Part shown: piece by piece, positions 29,569 through 39,813 of the stretch
Numbering within the stretch: the stretch's first letter is position 1
How the letters are laid out: each line of letters opens with the position of its first letter
From: Spirochaetia bacterium
GTDB taxonomy: Bacteria > Spirochaetota > Spirochaetia > DSM-27196 > Salinispiraceae
DNA length: 64,000 nt
Assembly: GCA_038204425.1 (NCBI GenBank)
Contig: JBBRCZ010000003.1
Coordinates: 32,001-96,000, forward strand
Reading direction: 5' to 3'
Position numbers and translations under genes: made by a program
The notes under the pieces: generated by a model
The model's database searches: none
The model's input: the letters and a program-made list of their open reading frames with translations, nothing else
Told to the model about the DNA's origin: nothing

Positions 29569-30681
29569 ATGAAGAAAGTGCCGTTGACTTTTCTAATTTT
29601 GCTTTTTTCGGCTTGGACATTGAGTGCTCAGGGTATTAAGTGGGAGTCGTCATATGAGAATGCTTTTAAGCAAGCGCGAGCGAGCGGCAAGGCAGTTGTG
29701 GTTCTGATTACGGCTCCAACATGGTGCGGCTGGTGTGTAGAGTTTAGTAAGAACGTTTTGTCCAATGCAAAAGTGCAAGCGACGCTCAATAACGGCTTTA
29801 TAGCTTTGGAAGTTCTTGATACCAGTGTCGAACTGCAGCGATTTGACTTTGATGGTTACCCAACGGTTAGGATCTATGACAAGACAGGTAAAGAAGTCAA
29901 AGATGTTTATACTCAAGATCCAAACAGATTTTTGGCCTTACTAGAACCTTATGTGGCAAAGGCTGTTAACCCAGTCACCTCAAGCACCAGCATAAAGGCA
30001 ACTACGGTTGTTGCGGGTTCGGCGATCACTTGGCGTGAGATAGTGGATGTCGCGCAGTACGGAGAGGCAGATTGGTCGCAGGAAGTTAAGCGGGTTAAGA
30101 ACCTTAGCATCGAACAAGCAAAAAAACTTGCCGAAGCAGATCCGCGTATCAATTATTTCTTCTTTGTAAAAGGTCTTCGTATGGTCTTACCCCCACTAGG
30201 CAACAAAGGAGTCTTTACCAAAGGTGAGGCGGTATTCTTTGCAGGAAAACCTTGGTATGGGTCAGCGCCTGGACTTGCTAACGCTTACGAAAAACAAATT
30301 GCTAGCGCAAACGCACCGGTCAGTAACAGCGGTCAAAAATTCAGCTATGCTAAAGGATACTATCAAAAAATAGAAGCCGGAAAGTGGCAAGGCTGCGACG
30401 AGGCCGGCGTGTGCACTATTTATCGTGAATCGGATACCAATCAAGAAGGGTGGATAGAACTGGTTGGTTATGTGGCGGCCTATGGGGACAAAACCTACTT
30501 GGCTATCCCAGAAAACGGCGGCATGAGCTACTATTATGATGATCAAAAAGAAGATTGGATTGCTTTGCAAGAATTGAGCATTGAAAATGGCGCTGATAGC
30601 TTTGGTGTAAGGCCCGGCATCAGAACCGCCAGAACCCGCAGTGGATCGGCGCCGGTCCGTCAACAATCAGAGCGTCGCTAA
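29569..30681 (+). CDS. Secreted thioredoxin-fold protein with two extra C-terminal domains
   Basis: Signal peptide, WESSYENAF..WCGWC, GYPT cis-Pro loop, Ser/Thr linker; RBS AGGAG. Confidence 0.85.
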   Translation: MKKVPLTFLILLFSAWTLSAQGIKWESSYENAFKQARASGKAVVVLITAPTWCGWCVEFSKNVLSNAKVQATLNNGFIALEVLDTSVELQRFDFDGYPTVRIYDKTGKEVKDVYTQDPNRFLALLEPYVAKAVNPVTSSTSIKATTVVAGSAITWREIVDVAQYGEADWSQEVKRVKNLSIEQAKKLAEADPRINYFFFVKGLRMVLPPLGNKGVFTKGEAVFFAGKPWYGSAPGLANAYEKQIASANAPVSNSGQKFSYAKGYYQKIEAGKWQGCDEAGVCTIYRESDTNQEGWIELVGYVAAYGDKTYLAIPENGGMSYYYDDQKEDWIALQELSIENGADSFGVRPGIRTARTRSGSAPVRQQSERR

Positions 30682-30749
30682 GCTAAGAACTTTGGCTGTC
30701 CTTGGTAGTTGAAGACTGAAGTCAAAAACGAAAGTCCAAGACAGCCAGA

Positions 30750-32600
30750 TTATTCTCCTGGCAAACGCCGGATTGCTCCTTGGTCGGCGCTCTGTGCAAA
30801 TAGTGCATAGGCTTGCAGTGCGCGACTGACTACGCGTACTCGCGTCAACGGTGTAAATGCTTTATCGCCGCGCGCTAGTTCTTCTTGCCGGCGGCTTTCT
30901 AGCTCGGCAGCGTCAATCTTGAGTTCCAACTTACGCTGCGGAATCGAGATTTCAATTAAATCGCCTGTTCTAACCAAGGCTATCTCACCACCAGCGGCTG
31001 CTTCTGGGCTAACATGTCCAATTGAAAGTCCACTCGTTCCGCCAGAAAAACGACCATCAGTAATTAGTGCGCATGCTTTGCCAAGTTTCATACTTTTTAA
31101 GTAACTGGTGGGGTAGAGCATTTCTTGCATACCAGGACCACCCTTGGGACCTTCGTAACGAATTACTACAACAGCACCGGCGTGTACCTTGCCCTCCAAG
31201 ATGCCCTTAACAGCGTCGTCTTGGCTTTCGAAGACTATGGCGGTTCCGGTAAAGTCAAAGACACTCTTGTCTACACCGGCTGTTTTTACGATAGAACCAC
31301 GACTGGCAATGTTGCCATAAAGTACTGCGATCCCGCCATCAGGATAGTAGGCGTCTGCAACCGTTCTGATGCAACCTTCTTTTCGATCTTTGTCAAGTTC
31401 TTTAAATCGGGAATCCTGGCTGCCCATGACGAGGTTACGACCACCGCCTGGAGCAGCTCGGTAGAACCAATCAGCCTTTCCTACCGAAGGGTCGCCCTGA
31501 GCGTCCGGAATAGTGATGTCAAAGCGCTCAAGCGCATGCTGCAAACTTGGATAGTCAACACGTGCCACCGAGGTATCAAGCAAGCCAGCTTGAGCCAGCG
31601 ATGCAAGTATGGCCATAATGCCACCTGCTCGATGGACGTCTTCGATGTAGTACTTGTCACTGTTGGGTGCAACTTTACAAACACAGGGTACTTTTCTAGA
31701 AAGTTCGTCAATGTCTTTCATGGTAAAGTCGACGTTTGCTTCGCGGGCAATCGCCAAGAGGTGCAAGACAGTATTGGTACTGCCTCCCATGGCGATATCT
31801 AGGCTCATGGCATTGAGAAAAGCAGCACGATTGGCAATAGCGCGAGGCAGCATCAAAGGGTTCTCTTTTACGTAAAACTCGTGGGCCATTTCAACAATTC
31901 GTTCTGCAGCACGGTCAAAAAGCTTCAATCGTTCGGCATGAGTCGCCATTAAAGTACCATTGCCAGGCAAGGCCAAACCGAGAGCCTCGTTGAGGCAGTT
32001 CATCGAATTGGCGGTAAACATTCCTGAGCAACTTCCACAAGTTGGACAGGCCGCTGCTTCAACCGCATCGAGAGTTTCTTGACTTACACTGTCATCAGCG
32101 CTCATAATCATCGCGTCAATTAGGTCATATTTTTCGTCACCGACTTTGCCGGCCTCCATGGGACCACCTGAAACAAAAATTGTGGGCACGTTTAGGCGCA
32201 TGGCAGCCATCATCATGCCAGGCGTTATTTTATCACAATTAGATATGCAGATCAGTGCATCTGCGCAGTGGGCGTTAACCATGTATTCTACGCTGTCAGC
32301 AATTAAGTCACGACTTGGCAGGCTATAGAGCATGCCGGCATGTCCCATTGCAATGCCGTCGTCGACCGCAATGGTATTAAATTCTGCAGCAAAACAATCT
32401 TTGGATTCAATGATCTTCTTTACGCGCTGGCCAATGTCGTGCAAGTGAGCATGCCCTGGAACAAACTGAGTAAAACTATTGGCGATCGCAATAATTGGTT
32501 TGCCAAATTGCTCTTTTTTCATGCCATTGGCAAGCCAAAGTGAGCGTGCCCCTGCCATAATGCGGCCTTGAGTATTGGTTGCAGAACGTAGATTGGGCAT
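30750..32600 (-). CDS. ilvD: Dihydroxy-acid dehydratase
   Basis: [48 protein letters not shown] before ATG 32600. Confidence 0.97.
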   Translation of the reverse strand: MPNLRSATNTQGRIMAGARSLWLANGMKKEQFGKPIIAIANSFTQFVPGHAHLHDIGQRVKKIIESKDCFAAEFNTIAVDDGIAMGHAGMLYSLPSRDLIADSVEYMVNAHCADALICISNCDKITPGMMMAAMRLNVPTIFVSGGPMEAGKVGDEKYDLIDAMIMSADDSVSQETLDAVEAAACPTCGSCSGMFTANSMNCLNEALGLALPGNGTLMATHAERLKLFDRAAERIVEMAHEFYVKENPLMLPRAIANRAAFLNAMSLDIAMGGSTNTVLHLLAIAREANVDFTMKDIDELSRKVPCVCKVAPNSDKYYIEDVHRAGGIMAILASLAQAGLLDTSVARVDYPSLQHALERFDITIPDAQGDPSVGKADWFYRAAPGGGRNLVMGSQDSRFKELDKDRKEGCIRTVADAYYPDGGIAVLYGNIASRGSIVKTAGVDKSVFDFTGTAIVFESQDDAVKGILEGKVHAGAVVVIRYEGPKGGPGMQEMLYPTSYLKSMKLGKACALITDGRFSGGTSGLSIGHVSPEAAAGGEIALVRTGDLIEISIPQRKLELKIDAAELESRRQEELARGDKAFTPLTRVRVVSRALQAYALFAQSADQGAIRRLPGE

Positions 32601-32728
32601 GGCTAAAACTCCTCGACTAAAAACACTGCAAGATGGCGTCAATTTACTGTAGTCAGACACAATTTACAACAGGGTGCGTAGACGCTTGCGCTTTGCATAG
32701 GTGCTGACCAGTAGTTTTGTCAAAAAGA

Positions 32729-33067
32729 TTAAATTATGTGTTTTTTGAGTTTGAACAAGCGATGACTGGCAAAGAGTGCGTTGCGCACCAAGCTAGCAAT
32801 AATTGGGTCGTCCTCAACCAAGGGAGGCTTGTGGCCGCTAGAACTGGGAAGTGGCAGATTATGCTTGAGTACATATTCTTCCCACACGATCCACAAATGA
32901 CGGCTTATCTCAAGCTGCTGGGTGTCGTAGTCCAACAAGTCTTCTTCTACGGCATGCAAAGCGAGAATCAGCGCATAGGTTTTTTTTTCACCGGGCAAGC
33001 GAGTTATAGAAGAGGCAAGGTCCTCAATCAGAACCTGGCACAAGTCGTGTAATTTTGGCATGACCAA
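32729..33067 (-). CDS. Hypothetical protein
   Basis: About 110-aa ORF co-oriented with its neighbours; no motif recognised. Confidence 0.5.
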   Translation of the reverse strand: MVMPKLHDLCQVLIEDLASSITRLPGEKKTYALILALHAVEEDLLDYDTQQLEISRHLWIVWEEYVLKHNLPLPSSSGHKPPLVEDDPIIASLVRNALFASHRLFKLKKHII

Positions 33068-33110
33068 GCAATACTAATCTAGCTTGCAAACAAATAGAAG
33101 CCCAGTTGGC

Positions 33111-33938
33111 TCAGAAGCCAGCCTCTGCTCGTAAGCGCAGAGTCTTTCCGCTAAAAGGATGAACAAAGCGGTAAGCAACACAAGACAACAGTAGAATAGT
33201 ATCAGCACCTGTATCGGTACCTGTATCGGTGGCATAGTTGCCGTAAGTTTGATCACCAATAATTGCCTGCAAGTAGTTTTTACAATGTTTGCGAATTTGG
33301 TGGGTTCTTCCAGTAAGTGGCTTGGCCAAGTAGTGTAAGAAGCTGGCTTCTTTGCGCATTAGGAAAAAAAGTGTTGAGGCGGTTTGCAGTTTTCCTCCTT
33401 TGTCCAAATAGTCATGGATCGCATAGTGCGCCTGCGCGCCTTTAAAATCGGGGCAAACAAGCTGGTAATACTTGTGGATTCGGCGTTCATAAAAGAGCAA
33501 AAAGAGCGCTTTTTCTGCAACTTTGTGCTTGGCAAAGAGCACAAGTCCACTCGTGGCTCGGTCGAGGCGATGGATGGTATTTGGGATGTAGCCGTCGCGC
33601 CTTGCCAAATAACGGTCTATGCCGTGAGACAAGCAATCAATATCAGAAAATATTGAGGGACAAGTGTTAATGTTGTGCGGTTTCCAAACAGCAATAATGT
33701 CATCGTCTTCATATCTAATATCTAACAGTTTCTGATCAAAAGGAATTATCTTATATGCTGGCAATCTTACACACATTGGCCAAACTGGCGAATCATTGCG
33801 ATCTTTCAAGCGCCTATTGCCACCCCAAACGCAGCCCCACAGCAATAGATCGTCTAGGCGAGCCAAATCATTTTCCGATAAGGCCGTTGTTAAGGCCTGG
33901 TAAACGGTCAGAGGAGCGTGGTCGTTTGGGCAATCCAA
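33111..33938 (-). CDS. RluA-family pseudouridine synthase
   Basis: IRYEDDDIIAVWKP, catalytic HRLDRATSG, TGRTHQIRKH, IIGDQTYG; start uncertain. Confidence 0.9.
   Translation of the reverse strand: MDCPNDHAPLTVYQALTTALSENDLARLDDLLLWGCVWGGNRRLKDRNDSPVWPMCVRLPAYKIIPFDQKLLDIRYEDDDIIAVWKPHNINTCPSIFSDIDCLSHGIDRYLARRDGYIPNTIHRLDRATSGLVLFAKHKVAEKALFLLFYERRIHKYYQLVCPDFKGAQAHYAIHDYLDKGGKLQTASTLFFLMRKEASFLHYLAKPLTGRTHQIRKHCKNYLQAIIGDQTYGNYATDTGTDTGADTILLLSCVAYRFVHPFSGKTLRLRAEAGF
33207..33230. repeat. 12-bp tandem duplication in the RluA-family gene
   Basis: ACCTGTATCGGT x2, encoding TDTG TDTG (plus a degenerate ADT). Confidence 0.8.
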
Positions 33939-34009
33939 AACTAGGCTTTTGATAACTTGTCTGCTCCTTACTGTGGTCGCAGGATAGATTACATGATAGA
34001 TTAGTGTCT

Positions 34010-34909
34010 ATGTCAGATGCCTACCAGCCCAAGCCGGAGTGGCTAAAAATCCAGCTCAACGGTTCACCGGCCTTTCACCAGGTTAGAGAATCCTTGCAAA
34101 AATCGCGCCTCAATACGGTATGTGAAGAAGCACGCTGTCCCAATCTTCATGAATGTTGGGGCAAACACAAGACGGCTACCTTTATGATACTGGGCGATAC
34201 GTGCACACGCCGCTGTCGTTTCTGTAATGTTAAGACCGGCTTGCCAAAAGTTCTTGATTTGGACGAACCACGCCGCGTCGCCGAAGCTGCGGCCGAAATG
34301 GGCCTCAAGCACGTAGTCGTTACTATGGTCAATCGAGACGATTTAGAAGACGGCGGCGCAGCCATTTTGGCCCAAACCGTTGAAGCCTTGCATCAAGTCT
34401 TGCCGGATGCCGGAGTAGAAGTGCTGTCTAGCGACCTAATGGGCAAGCCGGAAAGCATAGCCACATTGGTAGCCTCCAAGCCAGAAATCTTAAGTCACAA
34501 TCTTGAGACCGTCCGCCGCCTGACGCCATTGGTGAGGTCCCGGTCGGACTACGACCGTTCGCTCGATTTTTTAAAACAATGCAAAGACCTTGACCCTGAG
34601 GCTACGGTCAAATCAAGTTTAATGCTCGGACTAGGCGAAACATTTGAGGAAGTTTTGGAAAGCATGGACGATCTGAGAAAGCACGGCGTAGATGTGCTCA
34701 ACATGGGCCAGTATTTGCAGCCTTCACGAACCCATATTCCGGTTGCTAGATATTGGTCACCAGAAGAATTTGCCCAGCTCAAGGTCCAAGCTTTGTCACG
34801 CGGCTTCCGTCACGTTGAAGCTGCGCCTTTGGTTAGGTCGAGTTACCACGCTGGCGGACAATACGAACAATACAGAAAGAGAATCCATCCACTTTATCAA
34901 GAATCGTGA
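34010..34909 (+). CDS. lipA: Lipoyl synthase
   Basis: KPEWLK, CEEARCPNLHEC, CTRRCRFC, PLVRSSYHA. Confidence 0.97.
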   Translation: MSDAYQPKPEWLKIQLNGSPAFHQVRESLQKSRLNTVCEEARCPNLHECWGKHKTATFMILGDTCTRRCRFCNVKTGLPKVLDLDEPRRVAEAAAEMGLKHVVVTMVNRDDLEDGGAAILAQTVEALHQVLPDAGVEVLSSDLMGKPESIATLVASKPEILSHNLETVRRLTPLVRSRSDYDRSLDFLKQCKDLDPEATVKSSLMLGLGETFEEVLESMDDLRKHGVDVLNMGQYLQPSRTHIPVARYWSPEEFAQLKVQALSRGFRHVEAAPLVRSSYHAGGQYEQYRKRIHPLYQES

Positions 34910-34959
34910 CAAACAAGATTAGCCAGCTTTAAGCATAGCCACCATCAAGGTTTGGTGCT

Positions 34960-36780
34960 CTATTTCTCAATTTGATCAAGCAAGGATCGAGACAGTCTTC
35001 CCTCGGCCACAAAGTAGCGAATAAGTGCATAAATGGCAATATTCCAACCCATGTTTGCTTTGTGGGGTTCGCCTGTCAGCGTATTGAGGTACTCAAAAGT
35101 CGTTCCATACTGGTCAAGCTCTATTTTTATGCGCCAAACTAAAAGCTGGGCCGCGCTTGGAATACCATGCAGGCAAGCGTCCAGCAAAAAAATATTGTCG
35201 TAGAGAAACCAGGATCCGCCGCGAACATAAGCACCGTCTTGGTGTTGGCTTCGATTGGCCTGTGCCACATAACCTGGAATATCGTAGTCAGCTGATGTGG
35301 CAAAGCTGCCATCAATTCTAGTTACGTTTCGATATCCATAGCTAGTCAAAGCAACTTTGTTGAGCAAGTCAAAGTGCGAGTTTACCTGTTCTTTCTTTAA
35401 GAGTGATTTGCCAAAAAGCAACTGCGCCAGTAAGTCTCCAACCAATGGGTCCGGCCCAACGAGATGACTCTTTTTCTTGCTGATTGGGAAATACCCAGCG
35501 GCATTGTACAATTCTTGATAACGTTGTCGCGCTAGGGCAGGATCAACCATTAGTCTAAGCCCCATTTCTTTGGCAGTCATAAGAGCAAGGGCCAATAGAC
35601 CCTGATTGTAAACCACAACATCGTCTGGCTCGAAGGCGATTAAGTCGGCCCAGTACTGAAAATCAAAACGCCCGTCACCGGATGTGTAACTGTGGTATTC
35701 ACCGTCAATCACATGTTCGGTAACTAGGTCTAAGTAGGCTTGCACCCTGGACGGCTCTTGAGCACAACCCATGCGTTGGTTGCGGAAGGCCCAAATTATC
35801 GCCAGAAGAGGATATTCTGCGTAATGATTGAGTACAGCCAGTTCACTGGTTAGTGCTTGTGCATCCATTTTTGGATCAAGCATCATAGAAATCCAAAATG
35901 CATCTCGGTTATACTGTGCATTCGCATATTCAACCGCTGGAACTACCCAATAGTCACTCTTGAGTGACTCATTTTTTCTTAAGTTCATCCATGCTGTTGT
36001 AAAGGCAAGTGCACCAAATTGCCCAACGTTGGGATTGTGTGAAAAATGCCGAGCCACGTACTGATTGACGCCACGACGCAAGATACTCAGTTTGTTGCCT
36101 TCTAAGTTAAAAAGAATGACCTCAAAGTTGTGAGCATTTTGCGAATCACAAGCATGATAGCACTCAATTATCTTACCAGGACTAAAAATTTGGCCCGCAT
36201 CCTTGTTGTAGTTTTCACCGGCGTTAGTGGTGCCGCTTAACCGTAAGCCCGGACTTTGTCCATTGTCACCAGAACAGATACTAAGCTGCTTGTCCGTCAA
36301 ATCAAAGGCTTGCGAGCAGGAGTTTTGGTAGAGGGCCGGTGAGCCACTGACTGCCACATGAAAAACGTCATCTTTATACAAGGCCGCCAAAGGCACGCCT
36401 TGCATCGCAATTTCAGTAACTATCCAAGCATCGAGATCGTGCGGGCTTTGTCTATAAATCTCATCGTGTTTAACCGGACCGTCAAAGTTATAGGGTTCTT
36501 GGTCCTTATAAGAGGTTCTCAAAATAACAAAGCAGTTCTTTGTTTCTAAAGTGCTACTAAAAACCTTGACTGCCAATGATTGGTAGCCTTGTTTGTTTTC
36601 AAGTACAATTTGTACGCGGTACTTCTCAATAAGTATTTCGCTTTTCCAGTCATCAGTGCTTGCGAGCGGGACCTTGGCTACCAGCAATTCTTTTGGCTTG
36701 CCCTTGCCCGCAGAGTTGGGTTCGCAGATCAAAACTTGCCAAGGGTAGTCGGAAACACGATGCATTTTTTTACCTGCCAA
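34960..36780 (-). CDS. Hypothetical protein, probable (alpha/alpha)6 glycoside-hydrolase-like fold
   Basis: About 600 aa; QYNRDAFW, YNQGLLALAL, YVRGGSWFLYD, TTFEYL..MGWN resemble six-hairpin glycosidases; start uncertain. Confidence 0.6.
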   Translation of the reverse strand: MAGKKMHRVSDYPWQVLICEPNSAGKGKPKELLVAKVPLASTDDWKSEILIEKYRVQIVLENKQGYQSLAVKVFSSTLETKNCFVILRTSYKDQEPYNFDGPVKHDEIYRQSPHDLDAWIVTEIAMQGVPLAALYKDDVFHVAVSGSPALYQNSCSQAFDLTDKQLSICSGDNGQSPGLRLSGTTNAGENYNKDAGQIFSPGKIIECYHACDSQNAHNFEVILFNLEGNKLSILRRGVNQYVARHFSHNPNVGQFGALAFTTAWMNLRKNESLKSDYWVVPAVEYANAQYNRDAFWISMMLDPKMDAQALTSELAVLNHYAEYPLLAIIWAFRNQRMGCAQEPSRVQAYLDLVTEHVIDGEYHSYTSGDGRFDFQYWADLIAFEPDDVVVYNQGLLALALMTAKEMGLRLMVDPALARQRYQELYNAAGYFPISKKKSHLVGPDPLVGDLLAQLLFGKSLLKKEQVNSHFDLLNKVALTSYGYRNVTRIDGSFATSADYDIPGYVAQANRSQHQDGAYVRGGSWFLYDNIFLLDACLHGIPSAAQLLVWRIKIELDQYGTTFEYLNTLTGEPHKANMGWNIAIYALIRYFVAEGRLSRSLLDQIEK

Positions 36781-36846
36781 TAAAAATGATGACTCTACTA
36801 TTGCCCATTTTTGGTAAAAAATCCACTACTTTTGGACTAGGTGCTC

Positions 36847-38310
36847 TCAATCCTTCATCGTCGTAAAGGTGAGAAAGTATTCTACAGCACGTGGCCCTGC
36901 ATTTTGGCTGGGGTTGTTTTGTCGACGTTGGTTACCCAAGCCGCGAGTTTGCACTTGGGCAATGTTATCAGCGATACTGTTTCCGATCACAAAGTTGCCA
37001 TCCTCTTCTCGCCATTTGGCCTCTGGGAGTTTGTCTACAAGGTCTTGAGCTGAGGCAATAAATTGCAAACGTTCAATACCAAAAGGAGATTTTACCACAA
37101 ATTTGCCAATGCTAATCCATTTATTGACATCGTCTGCGTTTACGTAGCCCACAAATCGGCGCTTGTTTATTGCGTCGGGTTCCAGCTCGAGCAAAAGTGA
37201 AACTGAATGGCTGGCCATAGAAATATGTTCAACAGCATAAAAGTAACCTGGTCGGTTCATTTTGATGAGTAACTCTATTTCTTGACCGGCTCTAAAAAGC
37301 AAATCACGTTTGCCAAGGCTGCTTGTTGCCTCGATACGAAAGTCTCCAGACCGAACAAAACCTTGCTGAATCAGGGTTTCTATATCGCTGGTTTGTGGTT
37401 CTATTTGGATACCTCGGTACGCCTGTGGCAAGACGCGGGCGATTGAGGTTTGGACCACCTGCCCGTCTTTTTTACTGAGTGCGTAATTTAGAAATAGCCC
37501 ATCATCTACAAAGGTGTAATGACCACGATACACGTAGTCGGCTTTTTCTGGGTCGTTTACCACTTTAAGTTTTGATCGTAGTGTGTCGCAGATTAGGGCC
37601 GCAAAATTAGTAACCTCAGCAGACCCAGGCGCCGACGGTGGATAGACGTAAATCGACGAAACACTGATATCCTTGCTTAATGCCTCGGCAGCTTTGTCTA
37701 AGCTGTCAATCCGCTCACTTATTGCTAAGAGGCGAGCCTGTAGTGCGCCTAGTTGGGCCTGCCAATCGATTTGGACCTCTATGCCAAGCGCTTGGGTGAC
37801 TTTGCGATATTTTTCAAGTTGTAGTTGGTCGCTTTGAAGCGTCAAGAGAAAAGGCTCTTCGTTGCTGGTTTCATAGACAGATCGCACCTTATCCAGCCCT
37901 TGTCTAAGCTTTTTTGAAAGTTCTTCGATTCTGGAAAGGTAGATAGGAAGCGAACTTACTGAATTGAGTGTCGCTTGGGCGCGATACCCGTCTTTGTTGT
38001 TGCCGCTCACATTTACACTTACTCCCAATAGAGGAAGATCAATGCTTGTGGCAAGTTCGGCTTGTATCGAGGCAGAGTAAGACTCCCGACCCTGGCCTTC
38101 TGAGAAGTTTTGCTTTGCAATAACAGTGCTCTTAACTTCTATTTCTATCTGTGAGGCAAGATCCTGAAAAGCATTCTGTCGAGCCAGAATTTCTGTGCTT
38201 CCAGATCCAAATCCCAGCAGGTTCTTTGGCTCAATAGCCTGCGAACTCAGACTCAGAATCAAAATCAAGATGGCACCTAACCTAAACGCGTATCCAGTGA
38301 GTAGTTGCAT
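36847..38310 (-). CDS. Secreted protein with LPP20-like N-terminal and DUF4384-like C-terminal domains
   Basis: Signal peptide, GSGSTEILARQNAFQDLASQIEIEVKS, FRAGQEIELLIKMNRPGYFY..PFGIERLQFIAS. Confidence 0.65.
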   Translation of the reverse strand: MQLLTGYAFRLGAILILILSLSSQAIEPKNLLGFGSGSTEILARQNAFQDLASQIEIEVKSTVIAKQNFSEGQGRESYSASIQAELATSIDLPLLGVSVNVSGNNKDGYRAQATLNSVSSLPIYLSRIEELSKKLRQGLDKVRSVYETSNEEPFLLTLQSDQLQLEKYRKVTQALGIEVQIDWQAQLGALQARLLAISERIDSLDKAAEALSKDISVSSIYVYPPSAPGSAEVTNFAALICDTLRSKLKVVNDPEKADYVYRGHYTFVDDGLFLNYALSKKDGQVVQTSIARVLPQAYRGIQIEPQTSDIETLIQQGFVRSGDFRIEATSSLGKRDLLFRAGQEIELLIKMNRPGYFYAVEHISMASHSVSLLLELEPDAINKRRFVGYVNADDVNKWISIGKFVVKSPFGIERLQFIASAQDLVDKLPEAKWREEDGNFVIGNSIADNIAQVQTRGLGNQRRQNNPSQNAGPRAVEYFLTFTTMKD

Positions 38311-38459
38311 GGACTTTATCCTTTGCTGGAGTTCCTAATTACAAGCGGTAGTCGCTTAAGTCTACGTTATAGCGGGGAGATGCATCAATAGAGCATGGGT
38401 GGCAGTCGATCAGTTTTTTGCACCTTGAAAAAGCAACAAAAAAGAGTGATAACCTAACT

Positions 38460-39173
38460 ATGATACTAATACTTGGACCTATGGAATCGGAAATCAAGAG
38501 TATTCGACTAGCGATTCTTGAAGAAACAGGCGACGAAGCTCAGGTTCAAGAATGGGCAACAAGGAAAGTCTTGACAGGACGTTTGGCGGGTCAAAAGGTG
38601 ACCTTGACTACGACTGGAGTAGGCAAGGTAAACGCTGCAATGACTTCCCAACACTTTATCGACTGCATGCAGCCACGAGCAGTTATTCTTGTGGGACTAG
38701 CGGGCGCACTCAACGCTTACTTTGAGCGTGGCGACACCATAGTGGCAACTGATCTAGTCCAACATGACGTAGACGCCACTGGTATTGGATTTGCCCGCGG
38801 GCAAATACCATTTGAAAATGGCCGATTTTTTGCCTGTGATAGGCAGCTTCTTGCGCTTGCAAAGTCATATTCCCCGCCATCTGGTTCCGTCTTTGCAGGG
38901 AGAATCTGCTCAGGGGATATTTTTCTAAGCAGCCATCAAACCGAGACATTTGCCTATCTGCATAGCGAACTTGCTGCGGACGCTGTCGAAATGGAGGGCG
39001 CCGCGATTGCGCAGGTTTGTAGCGCCCATCAAGTACCATTTCTTGTAAGTCGCACCATATCCGACAAAGCCAATCAAGAAGCAAAACTCGACTTTGAACA
39101 GTTTTTGCCTCAAGCCGACCGCAACAGTCTTGCCTTTCTGCAGTATTTGTTGCCTAAAATGGCTCCGACCTAG
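38460..39173 (+). CDS. mtnN: 5'-methylthioadenosine/S-adenosylhomocysteine nucleosidase
   Basis: LGPMESE, GVGKVNAA, QHDVD, SGDIF, VEMEGAAIAQV, RTISD. Confidence 0.94.
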   Translation: MILILGPMESEIKSIRLAILEETGDEAQVQEWATRKVLTGRLAGQKVTLTTTGVGKVNAAMTSQHFIDCMQPRAVILVGLAGALNAYFERGDTIVATDLVQHDVDATGIGFARGQIPFENGRFFACDRQLLALAKSYSPPSGSVFAGRICSGDIFLSSHQTETFAYLHSELAADAVEMEGAAIAQVCSAHQVPFLVSRTISDKANQEAKLDFEQFLPQADRNSLAFLQYLLPKMAPT

Positions 39174-39186
39174 CTATATTATGCAG

Positions 39187-39810
39187 ATGACCAGTAAAAA
39201 TAGCAGAAAATTAGTAGTGGGAATGGTATTGAGTTTTGTTCTTCTGAGTGCCTTATCTTCGTGTGTAGCAGCAGAAAAGAATATAGGTGGTGAAAAAGTG
39301 AGAGAGAGTGCAAGTTTTCATGGTTTTCCAATCTTGGCTGCCGGAAGCCACGTTAAGGTGCCTGTTGTCTTTACCGAGAAGGAGTGGAAGTCTCGCTTGA
39401 GTGCCGAGCAATACAAAGTTCTGAGACAAGAGGCAACTGAAGCTTCATGCTCGGGTGCTTTTTGGAATGAAAAACGAGAAGGAACCTACTATTCGGCTGC
39501 GACCGGGCAAGCATTGTTTTTGTCTTCAACAAAATTTGAATCAGGAACTGGCTGGCCTAGTTTCTTCCAACCAGTGAGCAACGACGCAATAATTCTTAGG
39601 GTTGATAATACTTTTGGCATGTATCGCATAGAGGTTATGGATTCCTCTTCGGGAAGTCACTTGGGGCACGTCTTTGACGATGCATACGATACCCCAAGTA
39701 AACTGCGCTTTTGTATCAACTCACTTTCATTGCTCTTTGTTCCAAGCGCTGCGCCCGAACCCGATTTGGTCAAAGAGTATCGACTAAACTATATGACCAA
39801 TACAATTTAA
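39187..39810 (+). CDS. msrB: Peptide-methionine (R)-S-oxide reductase with lipoprotein signal
   Basis: Lipobox LSS-C; KFESGTGWPSF, SHLGHVF, RFCINS. Confidence 0.92.
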   Translation: MTSKNSRKLVVGMVLSFVLLSALSSCVAAEKNIGGEKVRESASFHGFPILAAGSHVKVPVVFTEKEWKSRLSAEQYKVLRQEATEASCSGAFWNEKREGTYYSAATGQALFLSSTKFESGTGWPSFFQPVSNDAIILRVDNTFGMYRIEVMDSSSGSHLGHVFDDAYDTPSKLRFCINSLSLLFVPSAAPEPDLVKEYRLNYMTNTI

Positions 39811-39813
39811 AAC

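Noticed and set aside
30692..30748. Possible hammerhead ribozyme (TGGCTGTCCTTGG...CTGAAG...CGAAA...CCAAGACAGCCA)
   Set aside because: The CUGANGA core is imperfect and stem II and the NUH site cannot be built; more likely a weak hairpin between convergent genes
32717..33052. Plus-strand 111-aa ORF opposite 32729-33067
   Set aside because: The minus-strand ORF matches the orientation of its neighbours and has a more helical, protein-like pattern; the choice is tentative
25762..39810. metH, lipA, mtnN and msrB as one sulfur/SAM operon
   Set aside because: They are separated by unrelated, oppositely oriented genes with their own promoters
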